This document shows, piece by piece, positions 52,258-63,218 of a stretch of 64,000 nucleotides of DNA; the stretch's first letter is position 1, and the number at the start of each line of letters is the position of its first letter. Under the pieces are notes generated by a model, which ran no database searches, was not told the DNA's origin, and was given only the letters and a program-made list of their open reading frames with translations. The stretch is from positions 35,324 to 99,323 of the forward strand of contig JAHLWZ010000381.1 in the NCBI GenBank assembly GCA_020536535.1, read 5' to 3'. This DNA comes from Pelomyxa schiedti. Lineage: Eukaryota; Protista; Evosea. A program made the position numbers and the translations under genes.

Positions 52258-55200
52258 ATGAGCTCCACAGCACCAGGAGATGGGGGGGCTCACGCTACCT
52301 CCACAACGTCCACTGCTGAAAGGTCTTCCTCCTCATCAAGTCATCACCACAGCAGTTCCCACAGAGACAAAGCAGAACCAAGTGCCCCACAAGAGTCTCG
52401 CGCGAAGCGAGTGCAAAACGTGACATCAGGAGCACAACTGGTAGCAGCACTGGCATACAACCGAGAGAAACTCGTCGAGGACAGGTTCAGCAAGCTACAG
52501 GGTTTCGTGGCTGCTGAGCACCAGAGGGCCGCCGAGCAACCGCCGCCCCCCACGGGAAGCGGGACTGCCCCAACTCCAGCTCCTGAAGGCAAAGTGGAGG
52601 TGAAGAAGAAGAACATACTCAGAAGGATGTTTGACACCGCCAAGTCCTTCGTCTCGGAGTATCTGCCAGAGACCACGTCCAAAGCTGTTCTGGGTGCGAA
52701 AGTTGCTCTGGAAGAGTCGGACGCCGATGAACAGTTCAGGTGTTCCCTGATCATCAACGACAAGGTAGGCCAAAGGGCACTTCAGAGCCTGGCAATCAAG
52801 ATGATCGACAACTTCCTTTCAACACCGAGCAAGACTCCTGCCCTCATCCGCGAAATCGTGCAGCTTGCGAGGGTGGACGACAGGGAGGTGGTCCAGATGC
52901 TGGTGACGGCACTCGCGAACACCATCGACCAGAACGTGCTGTTCGACGTTCCGATGATCGAGGGACTGGCGGAGGTTCTCTTCCAGTGCTCGTCGCGCCA
53001 CATTCCGGTGGAGAACCTCGTCGTGATCTATCGAATGCTCATCGCGAAGATCGAGACACTTCACTCGCAACAGCAGAACGCAGACAGGGTGTTTCAGATA
53101 CTCAAGGGGTTCAACAAGCTGCTCCGAGCGATGTGGGCATCGGGCGTGAGGGGTCTCGACGAGGAGGACAAGAAGAAGTCGCTCGGGATCCTCCAGGCGA
53201 TGAAGGACCGATACGCGAATTACAAGAGCCTCGAGTGTTACGTCGCCGCAGAGGCCGAAGTTGCCAAGCAGAATCTTCAGCGAATTCAAGATGACGGTGA
53301 TCCCCTCGCCGACGTCGCCGCGCGTCTTGGTCACGCATACATGGCCGTCGGCGCAATTGCAAATCTGGCCATGCAATACGACATCAGAGAGGTTTTCAAC
53401 TGTGTCTCCGAGCTGAAGGAGTGCGTTGCCGACATTTACATCAAGAAGTCGTGGATGGATGTTCTATTCTTCATTGACTTGATGTTGTGGCAGCTCACTG
53501 TCGGTTCGAAGGAACTCAAACCGATGCCGCCAGAGGAACAGGAGAGACTCAAGAGCACGATCGAACGTCTTTACTCCAAATCCAGGAAAGTTGGGCTTCG
53601 CCAAGCTGAAGGCCTGAGCAAAGACGTAACCGCTGCTGAGGAAGGAGAGAAATCGTTTTGGCGTAATATTGGCGACAGTGTGAAAAGAAAACTAAGTGAG
53701 GTCAAAGCTCAGTTTGGTGCTATCATTGAAGGTGAACATGACTTCAGCCTTGGATACGTCAATCTCCTCGACAACGTAATCAAGGCCGAACCGCTCCTCG
53801 ACAACATCGACATGAAGAACTGGGCATTGGCGCAGCTCAAGGGAATTCTTGTTGGTGAGGATTATCGCGAGAGCACCCTGATGAAGTTCTTCAACTCGGA
53901 GGTTGGATTGATGATGGTGGTCATCAGCAAGCTTCGTGAGTATTCAACGATGCCTCCTCCAATCGGAAACACTGCATGGAAGATCCTGGGAGAAGTAATG
54001 GAGGTCATCCAAACGGAGGAGGCAAAAAACCAGTCAAACAGAGACATCAAGAACAAGATCGACTTTAGTTTGGCGTGCTACCCTCTGAGTAGCCAGTTGG
54101 AGAGTCCGTGCTCCGAGCTTCGTCGCCCCCGGCTGGTTTACATTTCAGATAAGGAACAATGGTGGTACATCATGCCCAAAGCAACACCAGAACGCATCCT
54201 CCTTTCCACTCTTCCTCCACCACGCCCAAAAGAGCAACCAACTGCAGAGGTGATCAGTTGTTTCGATGACAAGTTGATCAAGAGCGAGGCAAATTTCTCA
54301 GCACAGGCAAAGGCACTCTTGAGTCCGTTCAAGCTCAACTTCCTGTTTTTCATGAAAACCCACCCATCTCCTCCCACGCAGCCGGGGGCCTTTGCTAATA
54401 TCCACCCAATTTTCCAGTTCAAGATGTTGATTCCACCAACGAAACCACAAACCGTGCCACTGGAAGACACTTTGTGCACAGCAGAGTTATTCATGAAAGC
54501 CAAGGCGGAGGTGTTGGCAACACTGAAAGACTCTGTTGATGATCAGGTGGTGGACCTGAGAAAACGTACTTTGGAGGACCCACAGCTCGAGAGTCTGCTC
54601 AAAACATATGTTGAGAGCGATTGCAGGGAGGGCATCCTCGATAAGTCTGCACAATCATTGACTGGCACCCTGTTCAAGAAGTTCCTGAAACTGGAACGAC
54701 CAACCACGTCCCAGTCTCATCGCCATCACAGTGGGAGGTCTCATTCCTCCTCTTCCTCCTCATCATCGTCATCCTCAAAAACTGAGACAACAACCACAAC
54801 AGCCCCACCACCAACCAAAACACTTGTCCTTGTTGGTTCAGGAGGAACTGGAAAATCAATATTCGGGCACTTTGTGGAGAAACTCCTGTGGGAGTCGTAT
54901 GACAGGTGCCACGTCATCCCGATCTTCATCTCACTTGCAACAATCAAGAACCCAAGCAAGAACCTGTTCGAGAAGACATTGACATCGCTTGGGTTCTCGC
55001 AGAGCAACATCGACGAGATCAAGGAAGGGAGGCGTGTGTTGTTCATCCTCGATGGTTATGACGAGATCACCCTCGAGGTTGGTGTGAACATCTGCCAGGC
55101 CAACAAACTTTGTGACTGGAAACACTCTCAGGTCTTGGTGTCCAGCAGGCCTGAGAAGATTGGGCAAGATTTCTTCCAGAGTTTCTGTTGCCTTGGTGGT

Positions 55201-58200
55201 GGTGGTTCCAGCAGCAAACCTGGAAAACATGCTGCGACAACCACAGCAGCCTCCTCAGGAAACAAAACGGCAGGAGGAAGTTCTGGTGTTCCTCTTGGAA
55301 AGTCGTCCACAGTCACCACCAAACAGGTTGCCGAGCAGCCCGAAGTTCTGTGCTGGTATATCGAACCATTCACGAGGCACAAGATCGAGAAATACGTCAA
55401 GAAGTACAAAAAGTGCGGAGGATCACAAGGCGAGAGGAGCGCGGAACTGTTCAACCAACACAGGGAACTCCTGAAAGGTGTGGAGGAGCTGCTGAGGACT
55501 CCGTTCATCCTCACAATGTTCATGGAAATCCTTCCCACCCTCGTCGACAAAATGGAGCAGGACAGGAGCAGGAGGAGGTTCGACGACTCGAACATCAGCA
55601 ACAGTTCATCCGCATTGTCGATGGAGCTATCATCGAACCTGACGAGGCTTGAACTTTACGACAGGTTCGTGGAACAGTGGTTCCAGAGGCAAAAGTCGAA
55701 GATCACACCAGAGAGGATGGCACAGTGCACTCAGCACCTCACCGACGACGTCGAGGAGGTCAAGTTCAACTTCCAGGTTGGTGGTGACATCATCGAGGAC
55801 TTCAGGTCGTTCTCCGAGAACCTCGCGATCTTCATGTTCACGAAGGGAGCGACAGCACTTCAATACAGTCCCGTGTGGACACTGAACAGCCAGGGTGTCG
55901 AGGTGATCGATCAGAACAACCCACTCGAGAGGTTCTTCAGCCCCACGAACAGGAGCACCCAACTCGTCCTGTCTGGGTGTCCTGTTCAGAAGAAGGGAGC
56001 CAACACGTTCATGTTCCTCCACAAGTCGCTTCAGGAATACTTCATTGCTTACAAGATTTACAAGGAGATCCAACTCTGTTCCAGCATGCCATTCTCGAAC
56101 TTTCCGCAAGTGAAGTGCAGGGAGACAATAAAGTTCACACAGAGCAGCTACAAGGAGACAACCCGTCAGATTGTGAGTGCGATTGTTGAGGAAATAGCTG
56201 AAAGGGTTGAGTCAAAGTGGTTGCCAGCAACTGAAAGCGATGATGAACCCACCCAGTTCTTCCGAATCATGATGGGTCCCTTTGCCGAAGTTGATAAATA
56301 TGAATGTGAGGAAATTACAGAGATTTTTGTGGATTTCAAAGACCATTTCCTTGCGATGACGGATCCTCCTCCTCTTGAACTGGCTGAGGTTTCAAACGAC
56401 AAGCACAAGTTGGAACACCGGCGCGGAATGAGATTGGACTGGCTACCTCAGAGCAGGGACAAAAAATGGACATGTAATATTTGCGGCAGTGTGGGCGATT
56501 TGGAGAATCCCGACGACGAGTATTGGCACTGTGGCAAATGCGACTTGGACCTGTGCAAAAACTGTATTTCGAAGTTCCGTGTGTTGCCACCAAGCAAGAG
56601 CACACCAAGTGAAAACAACTCGGGCACAACAGCACCAGTTATCAGCAACACCTCTGGAGACAAAGAAGCTATGCCTGAAAAGCAACAAACAGCACCAGCC
56701 CCAAAAATTTCTACTGACAAGGCTGCAACCACATCCACTGTGCCTGTTACCTCCAGTGCTGTTGTATCAGAAGAACAACAGGAGGCAAATTTCCAGAGAC
56801 TCAGAGGACTGTTGGATAAGATCTTTTTTATTGTTGGGGAGAGGCGGCGTCTTGACAAATTGATGAATAAAATAAAAGAGGCACACTCCCGTCGTCAAGC
56901 ACAATCTTCTCAGGGATGCTCTTTTGACAAGGAAAAAGTCATAGCTGACATCCTGCACAGTATGGACTTGCTTAGGCACAGCGTGAAAGAGGCTTGTGAT
57001 TCTGTTCTCTCGCACACACGGAAGGCCGAGTTGCACCTTGAAGAAGAAGAGGTCGACTACACAATCACAAAAAACAACTTCAGACCAAGTTTGGGAGTTG
57101 TGATCGACATTCGAAGGAGGCTGAGGAAGATGCAAGCTGCAAAAGAGAAGGGAAAAAGAACAAAGGTTGTGAAGTATCCAAAAGAGCTTGTTGTGAACCA
57201 GTCCTCTCTTGTAAAAGTCCACGATGTTGTAAGCTTTTTGTTGGAGATGATGAGGAGGGATGATTCCTTGGCAACAACAGAAGATGCGAATAACAAGGAC
57301 ACATTCAGTCTGCGAAACGCACTCCTCCTCCTCATTGAGAATTCAAAGTGGACAAACAGAAAAATTGAAGGGGGCTCAACAGAAATCAATAGCAGCAACA
57401 AAATGAGGATTCACAGAGCTGACAGGGCTGCATCAACTGCGATGATGCTTCTTCTTCAAGGAAAACACAACTTCTCCAACGTGGATTTGAGGCACATCCA
57501 CATCAACGGTGCAGACCTGAGTGGTGGAATATTTGGTGGTGCCAGTTTGGTGAAGGCTGACTTGAGTGACTGCAAAATGCAGCAGGTGTGGCTCAGTGGA
57601 GCTGACTTGGCACACTGCGACATGACAGGTGTGAGCTTCAACGAGAGGGTTGCCTTCGATTTTGGTGTTGGTCTCGCGTGCGTTGATGTTTCTGCTGACG
57701 GGAAGAGGCTTTGTGCATGCCCACGCAACAAAGGTCACCCACTGTTGTGCGATATCACTGACGAGGACCACGAACTTAAGGAAATCGGCCCCGAGGTTCA
57801 GTGCAATCAGTGCAAGTTCTCTCCAAATGGGAAGAAAATATGCTTTGTTATGTCTGGAGATCAGTCTGTGTTGGTTCTGGAGACTCATGGCAACACCTGG
57901 TTCAACGTTGTGTTGCCAAAATCTACAGTTCTCATGGATGGGAAAAAAGAAAACCCCTCTGCAACAGCCAAGCCCTCGGCAACAACCAAGATTAGTGGAA
58001 TGTCCACAGCTGTGCCCAACGCGTCGTCTTCTGCCACAATCAAAAGCATTTGCTTCTCCGCTGATTCCTCCGTTCTCGCCATTTCCGTTTCCAAAGAACG
58101 CCGGGATGCTTTTGACACATTCATATATTCCCTGACCTCTGCCGCTGCCACTCCAACCACAACATCGACTCCCCCTTCTTCTGCCTTGCAACAACCAGCG

Positions 58201-61200
58201 GCAGTAGCAGCAGCAGCACCGGAGAGCCCAAAAACCACAGGAACAGAAGCAGTCCTGCCACAACATACACTCAACGACTGTGTTGGTCACTTTTTCATCA
58301 AGTCTTCTCTTTTGGTGACACAAAACGCCCCCAATAGCCCCCACTCTTGGTGGGAGGTTCCCGCTGCCGAAAAAACCGGTGCTGCCACGAGCACACCGCC
58401 GCCGCCAAAAGATCCACCAACCAACATTGGGAGCGACATTTCGATGTTTGCATTGTCACCAACAAGAAACAAACTTGCTGGATTCTCCCAAAAAACAGGA
58501 AAGGTGACGGTGTGGGAGTTCTCTGAGAAGAACTTGCGCTCATTCCACGTTCTTTTTGAGCACCAAGTCAGTGATCCACAGGGTGGATTCTCCAAACTCT
58601 CTGTCCTCTCTTTCTCACCCAAAGGGACATGGCTTCTTGCTGGGACACAGTTGCTGCACGTCGAGACCCAGAGTGTGAACTGCGACGTGGCACAAAAGTG
58701 CTTCTTCACTGGTGAAGACACACTTGGTTACTTGGGAGACTCCCAGATTTATGAGGTCAAAGCTTCGTCTGGGAACATGCGGGTCACTGAGAGTTGGCCT
58801 TGCCGTTGTGTTGCTGCTTGCAGATCCAAAGTTCTTATAGTCACGAGGAGACCAGCAGAACCAAAGGAAACTGCCGAATCGGAGAAAACGAGTGCCGCTT
58901 CTTCCTCTGGGAGCAATCCACCACAAGAAGAACACGCAAACGACTCATCCAAGTGGGTTATTGTGCATGAGATGTGGACAAGTGATGGGATCAAACAGTT
59001 ACCACTTCCAAATGACTTCGACGAGGCAAACAAGAAGAATCTGCGTCCTTGTTTCTCGTCTGATGGGAAGTACGTCGCTGGGTGTGATGCCTCGACCTTA
59101 TTCTTGTGGGATTTGAGCAGTGGCACCATGGTCAAACACAACAACACACTCACTGACTTTGAGTTCAAGGCTTGGTCGTTCTTCCCGGCAAAGGAAGGTG
59201 AACCTGTGAAGTTCGGTGTTGCTCTCACAAGAAAGCAAGTTGAAGATGATGCAAAAGAAAAAGAAAAGGAAGATGATGGTGACAGTAAAGAGAGTGAGGA
59301 TAATCATGAAGACAAAGACAATGACAAAGACGAAGACGAAGACCAAGCCAAAGATAAAGACGAAGATGAAGATGAAGATGAGGATGAAGATGAGGACGAG
59401 AGTGAGAATGAGTATGAGAGTGAAGATGAGTCAATTTCAGAAATTCAGGAGGGCAAGTTTTTCTGTGAGAAAGACATTCCAAAAGACCCCAATAATATTT
59501 TCTGTGTGTGGAAAGTGATGGGTGTAGATCCTTGTGAGGCTGTGGAGGAAAATGATGACACTCGAGATTCAGTCGTTTCAACACCGGGTTTAATCTTGGA
59601 GGAGCCAATCAGACTTCCACTGGGAAGAGCTATTTGGGACACCGTCGTTGTGTCTCCATCTTGGAAATCAGTGATACTCCTGGTCACCAACCCCTACAAG
59701 GCTAACTTCATGGTTATCATTGACCAAGAGGCACATACAATCACAGGAACGTTGTCGCTTCTCTCGCCCGTTTTTATTTTCCCAGGAATTACAACCGAGA
59801 GATCGCAAAGCACTTCAATTTTCGAATGCAGTCCCGACTTCGATCCCCACAGAAAGTTGCTAAAAGAAAAGGCCGATCAAGTGCTTGCCGCAAAAGGTTG
59901 TGCGCCAGCCAGTGAAGATCGACAATATTTGTCCTTGCAGGGAGACACTTTGGTTGGCCTGGACCTGAACCTGTTTGGATCTATTACTCTCTTGGAGGAA
60001 CTGGACCTGGAGAATGACAAAGACGCAAAGACAATTGATGAACTGGAGAGTTCTTCCAAGAATGAATATGGTATCTTCGAACGAAGCATGGGTGCCACTG
60101 TCCAAAGTGGCCCATGGTGCCTGTTGTTGCAGAGTGAAGTGGCAGCCATCGCCACAACCAAGTCAACGATTGTACTCTGGAAATTGGCCAGGCCAAAGAA
60201 GTGCTTCCTCACGTTGGGTCCCTTTTCAGGACACATATTCTCCGTTACAGCATCTGGTGACAACATGCTTGTTGTTGTTGCTGGAAGGGACATCCACTAC
60301 ATTCGTGTGGAAAGAAGGCCTGATGGTGATGGGTTCGTTGCAACATTGGTTCACAGAACAGGCCACACGATGCAGCCTCTCGTTGCTGCTCATGCAAACG
60401 TGCAAACAGTCAAAGGCCTGAGTGTGGAAAACAAAAGCCTTCTGAAGTCGCGTGCAATCATTGGAGCAATCAAAATCGAGAGGGAGTTCGATACCAAGGT
60501 TGTTCGACCACAGGTGGAAAAACTGAAATCGAAAGTGTGGACTTCAGCACAAAGCAAACCAAAGCAGATGCCCAAGTTCCTGGGTTTGTTCTTCTCGAAT
60601 TATTCAAATCCAAGAAGCAATAAGTGCACGGCGGACCTTGCAGACAAGTATGAATCTCTCATTCAAGAACAACCAAAGAACACGTTCGCTATCATTGAGA
60701 TCTCCTGTGATCGCTCCGCGAGATTGTACAAGACAAACGCACGAAAGGATATCAATGGATGGTCACATCTCCAGTTTGACGAAAGGGAATTGCAAGAGAC
60801 TCTCGTGGATCTGTTTGATGTCACTCCATGTACGTCCCTCTCTTCTTCTTTTCTCGTTTTTTACTTTTGTTTCCTTTTTCTCTTCAAACAGCTGAACCCA
60901 CAATCGTGGTTCTGAACCAACAAGGGGAGATGGTTTCCAAACATTCGGTTCATGTTCTCTTCAAAGAATTTGCCCACCTCAAGTTCCCATGGTCAGTCGA
61001 ATCTGTCAAGTGGGTGAAGTTTGAGTCACACAAACATCCTCTCGAGTTGTTGTCAACTCCAGAGTTCGTTTGTTCAAAATGTAACGAGGGTGGATCGGGA
61101 TTGGCATATCACTGCCATTTGGACAGTCAGGACTTCCATCCACGGTGCACATCAGGTCCCTCTGAGTTGCCGGAATGGATCTTTTACAAAGGTCATGAGC

Positions 61201-62957
61201 ACCCAGTTCGTCTGGACCAGAAGAGTTCTCCCCCCGAATATCACTGCAAGAAGTGCTCGCACGATGTTGAGCTCAAAGATTGCCTCAAACTGAAAAAGAT
61301 TGATCCGCCACCAAAACCAATATTCTCATGGAGCATGTTTGACGGACATGAAACACCACTCCAGTTGGTATTCAAGAGCGGCTCTTATCAGTGTGCGCAA
61401 TGCAAAGCAACAAAAGAAGGGGACTGGGTTTATCACTGTCCCAAGAGTAACCTTGACCGCGAGCCTTCCTGCCTCGGTGATCCCCACCCGTTGTCCAAAT
61501 GGCTGAAGCTTGAATATCACCCCCACCCTGTCAAACTCACTGAGAAATCGCCAGTGAGCTGGAGTGATCTGCAGTGTAGTATATGCAGGAAACGTTGCAC
61601 CAAGTGGTATTACACCTGCCCCGACTGTGAAAAGTTCTGCGTGGAAGTTGAATGCACTCTGACACAACCCTGTGAGGCACTTCCTGATCCCGTGGTGGAA
61701 CCAAACAACTGGAAGAAATTCCCCAAAGACCCACACCCATTGAAAATGGTGTTCATGAAGGACTTCCAGTGTTGCCAGTGCGAGAAACCGGGATCATGTT
61801 GGGCACTCGAGTGCAAAGTGTGCAAACCGGAAGGTGTTTATTTCCACCCACAGTGTGCTGGAGAGCCTCGTGAACTCCCAAAGTTGGTCCTCGAATCAGG
61901 TGACTCGGCACACCCTCATCCACTTGCCTTGAAGTCGTCTGAATATGGTGGTACATGTGACAAATGTGGTGATGACATCGAAGATACAGAGCAATTTTAT
62001 TATTGCAAGCTCGATGGCCATTGCCTTCATTTGAAATGTTGTCTGTCAGCCACAGAACTTCCCGACGTCGAGGGGAAGCCACTGACGTGGAAGAAGTGCA
62101 ACCAAGACACACACCCAGTGCAGCTGGTCCTGAGCAGCGGCGAGTTCACGTGCCACCACTGCAACAAGCCAAAACCGGGACCCGCGTGGGCGTACAGGTG
62201 CCACACCGAGAACGTTTTCTTCCACGTCGAGTGCCTCGAGAACCCGCAGAACCCGCAGAGGTGGATCATCCTCAACAGCAAGCACAAGCACCCGCTCCAG
62301 TTCGGCAAGAACCCAGGGTTCCTCAAACCCAAGTGCTGTGTGTGCAACAGCGACGGCGACATGGATGCGCAGGTGTACGTCTACTTCTGCGAGAGCTGCA
62401 ACGACTGGTGCCACGTCAAGTGCATGGAAGGGTGCGTGCCGCCGCCGCCGTTGATCAAGATCAAGAAGCACCAGCACCCCCTGGCGTTCGTGGAGGCGGC
62501 CCCGCCCAAGCCAGAGGGCGCCGACGACGACAACAACATCGACGGCGACAGCGACGACGAGCGCGCGGCCGCCGCGCAGTGCGACACGTGCTACGGCGAG
62601 ATCGCCGGGGAGCAGCACTACAAGTGCACAAAGTGCCCCGCTGTAAGGCACATCGGGTGCTGCTCCAAGCCCCAGGCGTTCGACCCCCTCGCCCCCGTCG
62701 GTGACGACGAAGACAGTAGCAGAAAGGGGAAGACAAAGGCCGATGCAGACAGTGACGACAGCGACGATGACAGCGACGACGATGACGAGGACCACGGGTC
62801 TCAAGAGCAGTTTTTACTAGCGGCAAAGATGCGCGCCATAGAAGCCAGATATGCAACTTCCCAACATCTCCATGGCCACCAGGCTGAAGACTCCAAGGCA
62901 GACAAAGGTAAAGACAAGGCCGAGGATGAAGCCGACTCCAGTGCCAGTGACGACTGA
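52258..62957 (+). CDS. Giant NLR-like STAND protein, copy B (intact, ~3545 aa): Arm-like - NACHT - inserted C1 - pentapeptide - WD40-like - nucleoredoxin-like - 9x DC1
   Basis: Exon 1 (52258-60829) plus exon 2 (60892-62957) total 10638 nt, or 3546 codons, across GT..AG intron 60830-60891. Walker A GSGGTGKS (54835-54858), Walker B LFILDGYDE, LVSSR, RTPFIL, FLHKSLQEYF; ADL pentapeptides ~57470-57640; repeated FSPxG motifs; HxHPL/CxxC repeats. Confidence 0.9.
59250..59430 (+). repeat. GAA/GAT/GAC-rich simple repeat encoding an acidic D/E tract
   Basis: gaagatgaagatgaagatgaggatgaagatgaggacgag...; in frame within copy B. Confidence 0.8.
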
Positions 62958-63118
62958 TCTTCTACCTAAATATACATCTTAGAAAGTTAAAAAAATGCTC
63001 AATCTATCAAAAAGATTTTGTTTTTCTTCCTGATACGGTTTGCTACGAGCGAAAAGGGCAGGGGAGGGGTCGTAGGCTATTCTGGAAATGAAAGAAAGAG
63101 TGGGGAGGGTGAAAGATG

Positions 63119-63218
63119 NNNNNNNNNNNNNNNNNNNNNNNNNNNNNNNNNNNNNNNNNNNNNNNNNNNNNNNNNNNNNNNNNNNNNNNNNNNNNNNNNN
63201 NNNNNNNNNNNNNNNNNN
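63119..63218. other. Assembly gap (100 N)
   Basis: Run of exactly 100 N. Confidence 0.99.

Noticed and set aside
60828-62957. DC1 ORFs (also 8213..10207) as independent genes
   Set aside because: A GT-AG intron at the same position in both copies joins them in frame to the upstream ORF and completes the thioredoxin-like domain.
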